Source of the DNA: Geosiphon pyriformis uo1
Lineage: Eukaryota > Fungi > Glomeromycota
DNA: 64,000 nt
Reading direction: 5' to 3'
Assembly (NCBI GenBank): GCA_016748015.1
Contig: JAAOMT010000599.1
Coordinates: 372,001-436,000 of the forward strand
The position numbers and the translations under genes were made by a program. Below, in pieces: positions 38,501 to 49,264 of the stretch. Numbering within the stretch: the first letter of the stretch is position 1; every line of letters starts with the position of its first letter. The notes below the pieces were generated by a model. That model was not told where the DNA came from and made no database searches. It worked only from the letters and a program-made list of their open reading frames with translations.

Positions 38501-39585
38501 CAGAAGAACTTACCTGGGAAACTGATGACCTGACATGGACTGACAACAACGAGAGTGAACCGACTTCAAGCTGGGAATAGGAAGAGGACAAAGAAAATAA
38601 AGGAAAAGGGAAAGAAGAAGAGACCACCCAAACCACCATTATTTATAATACCTACACTATACCACAATAATCTACCTATCGTTGACCTAAGCTTATATGT
38701 GTTGATTGTGGCAAAAAATTGTCGTCAATGGGCGCATGCTGTGGGGACGATGAGGAATATTCAATGGCAACTAGGTTCTATTGCCACTTATGTGTCCTTG
38801 AACGCTTTGGAAAATCCAAACAAGTAGGGAAATAGGACAATCAGCCATGCTTAGCTTGTGGAGAGACTCTCTTGGACGAAGGAATGTGGCATGACATTCC
38901 TGGACGTGGAGGAACGTGTGACGTAGAGTGTCAATACACGATTCTGATCAGCGACTGAGTTAAAAAGGAGACACCAATCGAAGCCACCTGGCAAAGAGCA
39001 GTGCGACAATTAGACAGTTGTCCACATGATGACGACAAAATTTGGAGAATGGCAACTGCCAAAATTAAAGGCGCATTGCCAGAAGAAATCCGGACAATCA
39101 AAAACAACCCACCAGAACCTATTGAGCTTGACTGGGATGCAAAGCCAGTTATAAATTTTCTAGAACCAGAAGAGTTCCATGAACACTACCAAAACTTGGC
39201 ACCCACTAGAGAAGAGCAAGAACAACGGCTAGTACAGTTAAATACAAAACTGTGTCGTCATTGTTTAATTCCCAGTGACTTTGAATATTGTGACGATTGT
39301 GACCTCATTTACAATCCACCACCATGCATGATTTACTCAATCCCTGAAGAAGAAGAACCAATCAGCAGCTGTGCATCGGAATCAGAATTGCTGATTAATC
39401 GCGATCCAGACTCCGACGATGACAATGAAAACACTGGTTCCAGCTCCATTCAAAATGGCAATGATGACGAAAACAATTCAGACTCAGATTCAAAACCCAA
39501 TTTAAACTATGAACAATACATTGCACTACCAGATCTCTCTAAGGAACAAGAGTTAAAATAGTATAGTGACAATGGGGAAGGTATT

Positions 39586-39981
39586 ATGCCAGAATTTGTG
39601 CATAATACGGATGTAGAGTTTGATCTAAGATATTCAAAAAAAGATGCCATCAAATTAGAACCGCATTCACGCACCTGCATTGATCTGAAAATAGCACTAG
39701 AGATTCTAGCAACAACAATGGTTCAATTAGCATCTAGGAGTAGTTTAGTGAAAAGAGGGATCAATATAAGAGGAGGAATAATTGATGCAGGATATGTAGA
39801 AAATATTATCGCCATGCTACAAAATAACTCAGAAAAGGCCTATATAATAGAGCCCAATGAAAAGATAGCACAGACAATATTCCTGCCTCTGATTAGAGTA
39901 GCTCAGTTAGTGTCAGTGGGAAAGAGGGAGGAATTAGGAATAACAGCGAGAGGAATACAAGGATTTGGATCAACGGGTAGA
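39586..39981 (+). pseudogene. dUTPase domain of Gypsy C
   Basis: Motifs EFDL, ASRSS, GGIIDAGY, KIAQ, RGIQGFGSTG. Confidence 0.94.
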
Positions 39982-41871
39982 ATAGATATATCAGTTAATA
40001 TGGCAGAGGAAAAAATTGTTGGCCAAGGAGAAATTATCTCAACCGGTCAAGCTATTTCCATTCCACCATATAGCCAGTACATGTTAGCAATAAAAAGGAA
40101 GGAAAAAGAGCAAAAACAGATTTTTGAAGTGGAAACAACCCTTTGTGAATTAGGAGAAATTGGGTTGATCAATCTCCACATACCAGCCAAAAGCTATAGA
40201 AGCATAAAAATTCCCATCTACAACAACACTGACAATATCATCAACATACCAGAAGGAACCACTATCAGATATTTAACCACAGAAATAGAAAACCAACCAC
40301 CAAACTCCATTCCAGACTTTCCACAACTTTGTGGATATGTTGACATCACATCACAAACAATCTATGAATGAGACAAATGTTATTTGCTCCAACCAGAACA
40401 ATTGGAACAAATGAACATGGGAAACTTAAATCCACTCCAATGTATGCAGCTCAAGATGTTACTCAACAATTTCAATGACATCTTTGTCAGCGAAAATGAG
40501 TTTGGCCGAACTGATATCATCCAGCATCAAATCAAGACTGAAGATACAATGCCAATCAAACAAAGAGCATACAGAGTGCCACCAGCCAGCCACAAGATTA
40601 TTCGTCAAAAGATAAACAGAATGCTTGACAATGGGCTAATTCAATCATTAATGAGTTTATGGTCATTACCAGTGGTACTCGTCTGTAAGAAAAATGGAAA
40701 AATCCAGTTTTGTGTAGACTACAGGAAACTTAATGATGTAATTTGTGGAGACAGTTATCCAACTCCACAAATACAGAAATTATTCGATGCTTTCGGTGAG
40801 AACAAATGGTTCTCCACATTAGATTTGAACAGTGGTTACAGGGAAATAGCCATGAATCCAGCTGACAAAAAGAAGACAGCATTTATTACTAGAGAAGAGA
40901 ATTTTGAATTTGAAGTAATGCCATTTGGGTTAACCAATACCCTTGCAACTTTTCAATAGCTAATGGAAATTGTTTATATTGGTTTATTGTGGAAATCAGT
41001 AGTTGTATACTTGGACAACACCAATGTATTCTCAAAGACATTTGATGATTATTTTCATCATCTTCAACAAGTGTTCGAAAGACTAAGAAGAGTAGGACTA
41101 AAGTTAAATGTGACAAAGTGCTTTTTTGGCAAGACAAAACTCAAATTTTTGGAACACATAGTCAGCAAAGACGGCATCAAAATGGATCCAGAGAAAATAG
41201 AGATAGTAAAGAACTTTCCAGTGCTGACTAATATAACAGAACTGAAATCATTCTTAGGATTTGCCAGTTACTATCGTCGTTTTATCAAGAACTTTTTCAA
41301 GATAGCACAGCCACTTAATCAATTGCAAAACAAAAATGCAAAATATAAATGGACAGAAAGTTAACAAGAAGCTTTTGATATTCTAAGAAAAAAGCTTATC
41401 CAAGCTCCAGTACTGATCTATCCAAATTACAGCAAACCATTCATCATCACCACTGATGCATCCGGCCAAGCATTGGGAGCAATATTATCTTAGAGAGGAC
41501 CAGACGGCAGAGAACATCCAGTAGCATATGCCAGTAGAGGTTTAACACCAGCCGAAAAGAACTATAGAACACCAGAACAAGAACACTTAGCAATATACTA
41601 CATTATGAAATGGAAAGAATACTTGAGCCAGAAGTTTGAAGTATACACAGATCACAAGGAATTAACATCACTTCAAAAACAAGAATTTGGAGATGGAAGA
41701 CAGTCAAGATGGAAAATAGCACTTGCACCATACAATTATACTATACATTACAAAAAGGGAAAAGACAACAGAAATGCTGACAGTTTATCGTGAATAAGAC
41801 AAATCTAAGAACATTTCAACCCAAAAATATAATAAAACCAGAACAATACCAATGGAAAAATACAACAAAAG

Positions 41872-43244
41872 ATGAACATACAAAAATATCAACAATTGCA
41901 ACACTATCTAAACACTCAACAGTTCAAGGAGAATTTATCTCATATGGAATGAAGGAGTATCAAACAATAATCAAAATATTATATTACTTACCAAAATATA
42001 CTTTATTGGAAAAATAAAAAGGATCCAGATCAACCAACCAGAGTAATTACGGAGCCAGAAAAAGAGACAATATTATTCAACATGCACTCAAATCCAACAG
42101 CAGGACATTTTCACAAAGAAGCAACCATGAAAAGAACTAGAAAAAGATACTATTGGCCATCAATATACCCAGACATCATTCAATATGTTCAAAATTGTGA
42201 TGCTTGTCAGTGAAGAAGAGGAACAAGATTCAGTGAATCATTAAGACCAATCAAAGTGGGACAACTATTTGACTGTATGGAAATTGATTTAGTTGGACCA
42301 TTAACAATTACCAGCAGAGGAAACAGATACATAGCAGTAGCTATGGACTATCTCACTAAATGGCCAGAGACGAAAGCAATTCAAAGAGTGGATACAGAAT
42401 CCATTGCCAAATTTGTTCATTAGGATTTGATTTGTCGACATGGATGTCCAAAAGAATTATTATCAGACCAAGGAACTCATTTTGTGAACAGAACATTAAC
42501 AGAATTGAGCCAAAGATTCAGAATCAAGAGACCATTATCATCACCATATCATCCACAAACCAACAGATTAGTAGAAAAATTCAACAGAACATTGTGTGAA
42601 ACAATAGCCAAGCTCAGCCAAAAAAACCAGAACAATTGGAATTTGTTCATACCATCAGTACTATTTGCTTATCGGACAACGAAACAGGATACTACACAAG
42701 CAAATTAGTATATGAGAGAATAGCAATGTTACCAGTAGAGAGAGAAATTAATACATATCCAGCTGAACCAATAACAGAAAAAAATTTTCAAGAAACATTG
42801 TTGAGAAAAACATATGACTTAATAAAAACATTGGAAAACAAATGAAGAAGAGCAGCTGATAATATCTAAAAGTCATAAGAAACACAGAAAAAAAGACACG
42901 ATAGTCAACTACCAGACAAACCAGTTAAATTCAAGATCGGAGACAAAGTATTATTACATCGTACCAAAGTGGAAAAACAATGGAGTAGAAAATTTGATCC
43001 CAAATGGGATGGACCATTTCACATAGAAGAAATTCTAGGAAATGGAGCTTACAAATTAAGATTGGATAACAAAATTTTAACCAAAGCAGCACATGGAGAT
43101 TGACTGAAATCATATCACAACATCACACTACCATCTACCAGTAATATTTCACAATTAGGAGTACAGAGAATACTAGTCTAACCAGATGAGATTCTTCAAG
43201 ATCTGGAACCAATCATTATTATCAACAACAACATGTTAAATTGA
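41872..43244 (+). pseudogene. Gypsy C integrase, Met-initiated, GPF domain, no chromodomain
   Basis: MNIQKYQQLQHYL...HSNPTAGH...CDAC...IDLVGP...SDQGTHF...WDGPF...LEPIIIINN; small frameshifting deletion at ~42700. Confidence 0.9.
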
Positions 43245-43298
43245 TTCATCAAAAGAATATATAAAGACATGATAGACATGACAGGAAATATCAGAAAA

Positions 43299-43928
43299 AT
43301 GGAAATTACAAACAACATTCACGCATTAGCACAACAACTCTTTTAATTAATCCAACACCAGGAAATGGAGATTACAATCAATCAACAAACCATTCAATAT
43401 CAAGATACTAGAAAGACATTTCAACTCAGAACACAGAAGAAAACTGAAAATACTGTAGACAAAATCATGGCAAAAGTAAAATTAGCAATAAAAAAATCGA
43501 CAAAAGAATCACTATATCAAGAGTTGACTAAAAAAACTTGGAATTGGTGGATACAACAATTTCCATGAAACTATTGTTATTTTTACTTGGGACAACACAT
43601 AAATATCCAGAATCTATATACAGATAAAACAAAGTAATTATTTGACAAAAGAATACTACAACAATTAGAACATTTTGTGGGAAAGAACAACTTATTCATA
43701 CAAGCCTGAGCCATATACCGAATACACACAGTATTTTAGAATAAACCAGAAATATTGCTCAACAGAGCAATGGATATGATTACCAGTAATCAATTGGGAA
43801 AAATCACAAATGCTCAATTTGAAGAATTACAGACCCAAATAACACAAGTAATTCTTGAAAACAAAATCCAGGAAATACTTCAAAAGGGGGAATTACATAA
43901 GTTAGATTTCGACGGAGCTCAATATTAA
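43299..43928 (+). pseudogene. Gypsy C ORF3 (homolog of family A ORF3), several C>T stops
   Basis: YCYFYLG...A(R)AIYRIHTVF...LGKITNAQFEELQTQITQVILE aligns with family A YRYFHIG...RAALRLYDLF...IGKLTELKFQQFSDQISSIILD. Confidence 0.75.
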
Positions 43929-43938
43929 AAGGAGGGAA
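43927..43938 (+). other. Polypurine tract AAAAGGAGGGAA
   Basis: 3 nt upstream of the 3' LTR. Confidence 0.85.
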
Positions 43939-43941
43939 TAA

Positions 43942-44799
43942 TGTTACTCATAGAAATATAGGAAATATATTAGCATAATTATTAGCCAATCAGAAGTAAG
44001 TGTAGTAAATGTGGAATTCCAGAATTTCTCTCAGGAATTGCAGAATTCCAGGAATTTCAGAATTCCCCAACGAGAAATTGCAGGATTCCAGAATTCCAAG
44101 ATTCCTGTCGTAAAGAATCAAGGAATTGAGGGATCCCAATTATGTATATATAGCAGTAGTGTTAGAAACAGAAAAGACAGAATCGATACTACAGAATCCT
44201 TAGCAAAGAAACCAATCATCAAATAAATAATTATTCCATTTCTCAATCCACTCTCCACTATCAACACTTCATGTTGATAGTAATTGATACTTAACCACGT
44301 TGGAACAATAGCTTTTGATCATGGCTATTGATGAGATACTAACCGACCACATTGTCTTGGCTTATTTTATTTAATTTCTTTATTTTTTCTTTATTTTATT
44401 TTCTTTTTTTCTTTGATTTTGTTGTTGTGTACTAATTGATTAAAGGATTAAGCACTGAAGTTATTGACATCAAGGATAATCTGGTAAAAGACCCAAAAAT
44501 AAGGGTAGGATTTATATATTATCGGATAGCTTACCAGAAGGGCACAACTGCCAAACTAAATTTGGCCACCATGTTGAGAAAGAAATTGGGAAAACTATTT
44601 GAAAAATATATCTACTATTGACACTATTGAATCTCTGTCTATTATACAAAGGACTCTATTAAACTCTTCAGATACAAAACCTTCAGATACAAAATTTTCA
44701 GATATCATACCTTCCGCATATTATCCACGAAAGTAGCTTTTGAGCACCAAGTTATGGGTTTGTTATTCAATACAACAGCAGAAATAATTACCTGTAACA
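43942..44799 (+). repeat. 3' LTR of Gypsy C
   Basis: Direct repeat of 34670-35542. Confidence 0.95.
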
Positions 44800-46255
44800 T
44801 TGATAACACATGTTTTTCTACCTACAGAACCAATAAAGTCTCAGATATCATGTGCATTAGTGCCCATCAGCAGTGTGTAGAGCAAAGCCCTATGCTGATC
44901 TTTTGTGTCCTATGATTCCTTGTCCAAATTAGCCTTAGCCACTCTCACAGCATCTTTTCCGATCAAGATGGACCATCTAGCTGCGACCAAATTAGCCTAA
45001 TCTGATTGGGCAAATTCAACCACAGCCTTTTGCCATAGCCCTACCAATTGCATTTTGATTGACACAACAGAACCAAATTCAGAAAGTGCAACATGCACAG
45101 CTTCAACTGATGTTCCAACTGGAATTTCCTTTACCACCACAGCCCAATCTGAATGATCAGTTGGTTTCTTGAGATCGGTGTTAACCAAGATTTTTGCATC
45201 TCCAGCCTTTTTTGAAGCCTGCACCAAGTTCAATTCAGAAGTGAACGTTGCTCTGATGATCCCAGCAAATTTTGAGGAAGTAAAGGCTCTTCCAAAACCA
45301 TTGATTCCTGAAAATAATTTCCTGACTGCAGAAAGTTTCTCTTGAGAGAATTTCCCAATCACTTTTTTCAACCCAATATTTAGAGCAAATGACTTTCGAA
45401 CAGAGACATTAACCAGATTTTTCAAAGGAGGAGGAAGTTCTAAATGACCACCTAATAAAACATTATCATCATCATTGTTGCCCAAAAAATTAATTTTGCC
45501 CAGAGATTTACCCAAAGCTTGCTTAGTAACCACTTTAGGCCCTTTGGGTGTTTGGTTAATGTCTTTTTCTTTCAAAAGATCACTTTCTCCATAATCTACA
45601 CTAGTTTCCTCGATCAAAAACTCCTTTTCCATGTCCACACTGTCGGATTTAGTAGTATTCCCAGCCTCAGACCCCCAAGAACCACTAACTGCTTTATCAG
45701 ACACAACCATTTTTTGAGCAGCACCATTCTTTAGAACACCACCTTTTCTTTTTTTCCTAGAAGCAATGTCCTTACTAACAGTATTAACACTAAAGCCTTT
45801 GGTAGACTTTTTCATCACAACAACACTGAAACCAACAATGGCCTCATAATCAAGCAGAAACAGTTTGGATTTATCGTACTGAATTGTAAAAAACTTCTTT
45901 TTAAAAAAAACTTATGACTCTTTTTCAGGAATTTGGGACAAAGGAAAGAAAGAAGTTTTTTTTTATTATTTAAATTATCTATTAAATAAAATTATTATTT
46001 AGCAGTTGAATTTTTTAAAAGAATAATTTTTAATTAAAATTATTTATATTATTACTAATTAATAAAAGCTTTATTATTAAAATTAGAAAAAATACTATAA
46101 AATTATTAATATTTTATGTTTTTAGATTAGAAAAACACTTTAAATAATTACAAAAATAACTTTAATTAGCTTTTGGAAAAAAATACATAAAAATACACAA
46201 CAATTAAAAATTAAAAAATAATTTATATTATGATATTAACAAGAAAAGCTTTTGT

Positions 46256-46539
46256 TATTTTTTTATTTATTATTGTTTTATAAGTGAGGTCCAAATACTG
46301 CCTATAACTATACATTAAAAAAATAATCTAAAATAGGTGTGAATTATGCACTTTCTATACGTGACCAGTTACTCAGGCCAATCAGAACAACACTATGCAG
46401 TTATATAAACTAAAACTAAGCCACCAACACCCAAAAAAAATAAACAAGATTTGCAAAAACCAAAACACATGCCAAAAACCTCAGTAATACCAAACAATTT
46501 GACCACATTAGCAGAAAATTCTGAAGCCAAACCAGACAC
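46256..46539 (-). mobile_element. 3' end of a LINE (same subfamily as 49265-51745), cut off by an LTR
   Basis: A-rich tail, conserved 3' UTR (aagtgaggtccaaat on the + strand) and ORF2 C-terminus. Confidence 0.8.
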
Positions 46540-47367
46540 TGTTACAAGTGATTATTTAGGGTCTTAAATCAAATAACAAATCCATAACTTGGTGCTAATT
46601 TGCTTGATATTAGTAATATTTAAAGGTTTTGATATCTGAAAGTTTTGGGTTGAGTTTTTTATGTAATAGACAAATATTTAATTGTTGTAATCTATAGCTT
46701 TCTGGAATCACAATTCCATCAAATTTCTTTTTTAATGTGATGGCTAGTAATCCTTCTGGTAAGCTATCCTCAATTGAGTATTTTATCCTTATTTCTGAAT
46801 TTTTTACCAGTCACTTTAATGTCAATACTCTGCACATTAATCCCTAATTCAATTAGTAAACAACCAAAAAATACAAACAAAAGAAAAAAAAAGAAATAAA
46901 GAAAATGAAGAAATTAAGCCAAGATAATTAAGTTAGTATCTCATTAATAGCTGTAATTAAGAGCTATTGTTTCAGTAAGATCAAGTATTCATTACTATTA
47001 ACACTTTATATTGATAATAAAAAGTGAATTAAGATAGCAAATAATTATTTATTGATATTTGTGATTTTAGAAAAATTGTTTAGATAAAATCTAAACTAAG
47101 AAGTCTGTTTTTTTTGCTTTTAATACTACTGCTATATATACATAATTAAGATTTTTCAATTTTTTAATTCTTTACATTAAGAATTCTGGAATTTCTGGAA
47201 TTCTGCAATTTCTTTGAGAGGAATCTTGAAATTCTGGAATCTTGTAATTTCTCATATGAGAATCCTACAATTTCTTTAAGAAGAATTCTAGAATTCTATA
47301 TTTACTATGGCTACTTCTAATTGGCTAATTTATATGCTAATATACTATCTATATTCTAATAGTAACA
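46540..47367 (-). mobile_element. Older LTR related to family C, minus orientation, no matching TSD
   Basis: TGTTACA...AGTAACA; decayed GGAATTC array at 47180-47295; flanks ACAC/TCAG differ; possible decayed PPT on the right. Confidence 0.8.
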
Positions 47368-47399
47368 TCAGTATTTTTTTTGATTTTTAACAAATAAAG

Positions 47400-48000
47400 A
47401 AAAATTTCTTCACTTTTTGTTTTATTTTTAATCAAAAAAATTAATCCAATAAAATTACCAATATTTAATCTTGACCAAATTTGTATAAAACAATTAAACT
47501 TGATGGTATTTTTTAAAAAAAAGTCTTAATAATCTTTAAAACTAAAATCTTTAATCTATAGAATCTAAAAAACTACTTATTTCTAAAATTACCAAAATTT
47601 TTGAACCAAATCCTGGAAAAAACTTTGTCTGTTGATTTAATTATTACTATTTTTAAATAATTTCACATTATATTTAAATTATTTTGCCTTTTTACATCCT
47701 AAAACTTGCTAAATATACAAGATATTCTCTCTAATAAGCATTTTTTAAACCAAGTTTATTTTAAAATATTTGTATTTTTAAAATCAAATTTTCATTAATT
47801 TTTATTAGCATATTTTCAAATAGCATTTAGATATTTATTAAAAAAACCACTCAAGCCAAAAAAACTACAACAGCTAAATAATTAGTATCAAAAAAATCAG
47901 AAATATTACTAATTTTTTATTTAATTACAGTCATCAAAAGATATTTACTAACAAAAATATAATCAATAGTTTTTTTTATATTTTTTGATTTAAGATTACT
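47400..48000 (-). pseudogene. Highly decayed LINE ORF2 fragment (end of endonuclease region)
   Basis: Minus strand reads FFDTNYLAVVVFFGLSGF...YANKN, similar to FFDTDYRAILVSVGLSGL...HANMN at 6682-6780. Confidence 0.55.
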
Positions 48001-48549
48001 TAGTCTAATTCTATATATTAAATAGTAATTAAATTGTATTTGTTAAAAAAAAATAACAATAATAATAATAATAATATAATTAACTAAATATATAATTAAA
48101 CATGTTTTTTTGATTATTTTAATTTAATTATTATTAAAAATATGCAATTTTAATTTTTGTTATTTAAAAAATTCAAAATATTATTGTTATTAAAATTGAA
48201 AAATTGAAAAAAAATAATATTTAATAAAAAATATTTGGTTATTAATATTATTACTTCAAATTATTTAATTTTTATATATAAAACAAGTTTTTTAAAATTT
48301 AATTAAATACTTTTATTCAAAAATACTATGTTAATTTAATTACTTAAATTTATTTTATATGTTTAAATTTGGTTAATTTGTTAATATTATTGTAAAATTT
48401 AATAAAAAAAATTTTGAATTTTGAATTTATAGTTTAAATAATATTTATATTATTAATTATTATTAATTATTTTATTATTATTTTATATTTTAATAAAGTA
48501 TAGTTTTTTAATAATTTATATATAAACAATTATAAAAATAAATTATAAT

Positions 48550-49180
48550 ACTAGGAAAAATTTGATCTTGATAACTGTTGAAGCTTGGTCTGAATTGCTG
48601 AATATTTATGCTATTAACAGTATAATAATAAAATCTTTACATGAAGCTGAATTCTCAGATTATTTATATATATTATTAGCCAAAGAGTTTGTAATAAAAA
48701 ATTAAGTGGCTAATATAATATATTTACTAAGTGATGGCTTTGATAGTGTATCTCTAGTTATCAAGTTAGTCCAGAGTTTTACTGAAAATTACAAATCTAC
48801 CATATAATTGCTGATTGCCAAACTAAGAACACATTATAAAAAATATGACCTCTTACTGCATGATGAATCTATAATACTGGTTGTTTCTAATTTGGCATCC
48901 TTATAGTTTTTTGGTATGATTTTTGATTTTAGTATTAGGCTAGATATTCATATTTGTTTTAGTTTACATTCTCATTTGTCTAATGTTCATTTCAGTTTTT
49001 TGCATGATTTTCCTGTTATAAGTAGTTTAGATGCTTAGTGTTATTTTAATTGGTCTAAATAACTGGTTATATATAGAAAATATATAAGTTATACTTAATA
49101 TAAGAGCTTATATAATTCTATAGTTTTAGATAGTAGTTGAATTACACTTATAAAACATGTAATAAAAAAAATAAAATAAA
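48550..49180 (+). mobile_element. Decayed LINE 3' fragment, tail-to-tail with the next LINE
   Basis: LAKEFVIK...AKLRTHY...CFSLH...LDA* followed by the conserved 3' UTR and an A tail. Confidence 0.75.
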
Positions 49181-49264
49181 AATTATGTATTTTTAATATA
49201 TAAATAATTATTTAAACTTATGTTAAATTTTTATTTTTATTTTATTTAATTAATTTTTTAATAA

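Larger units (their letters stand above)
35545..41808 (+). pseudogene. Gypsy C single-frame gag-PR-Cys-rich-dUTPase-RT-RNaseH polyprotein with many stops
   Basis: ORFs starting at 35680, 37639, 39001, 39586, 40384, 40963 and 41605 are all in one frame. Capsid MAYAPIAKL at 36589; knuckle CHYCGKQGHIQIDC at 37327; ILNSGS; YLDN; ends S(R)IRQI*. Confidence 0.92.
34670..44799 (+). mobile_element. Full-length Ty3/Gypsy LTR retrotransposon family C, dUTPase-bearing
   Basis: LTRs at 34670-35542 and 43942-44799 (TGTTAC...GTAACA); PBS, PPT; TSD TCAA/TTGA (inferred original TCGA). Confidence 0.96.
33891..45815 (-). pseudogene. LINE L-2 ORF1, split by Gypsy C
   Basis: ORFs 44997-45818, 34086-34589 and 33891-34073; knuckle CAKCENLGHISLGC. 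Confidence 0.88.
29066..45964 (-). mobile_element. Full-length LINE copy L-2 (related to L-1), interrupted in ORF1 by Gypsy C
   Basis: A-rich tail at 29066-29088; ORF2 ~33894-29209 with GGDFN, AFVDDTIW, VYTDGS; ORF1 45815-33891; 5' end as in L-1. Confidence 0.93.

Noticed and set aside
39586-39981. dUTPase as a host gene or bacterial/viral HGT island
   Set aside because: It is in frame within the Gypsy polyprotein at the same position in both families.
43081-43244. Chromodomain at the integrase C-terminus
   Set aside because: No chromodomain motif after the GPF domain in either family.
35545-43928. Alternative genetic code or programmed readthrough explaining the in-frame stops
   Set aside because: All three stop types occur at Arg/Gln/Trp positions and differ between copies; the host genes use the standard code.
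46540-47367. Canonical solo LTR
   Set aside because: Flanks ACAC/TCAG are not a TSD and the two sides are not contiguous LINE sequence.
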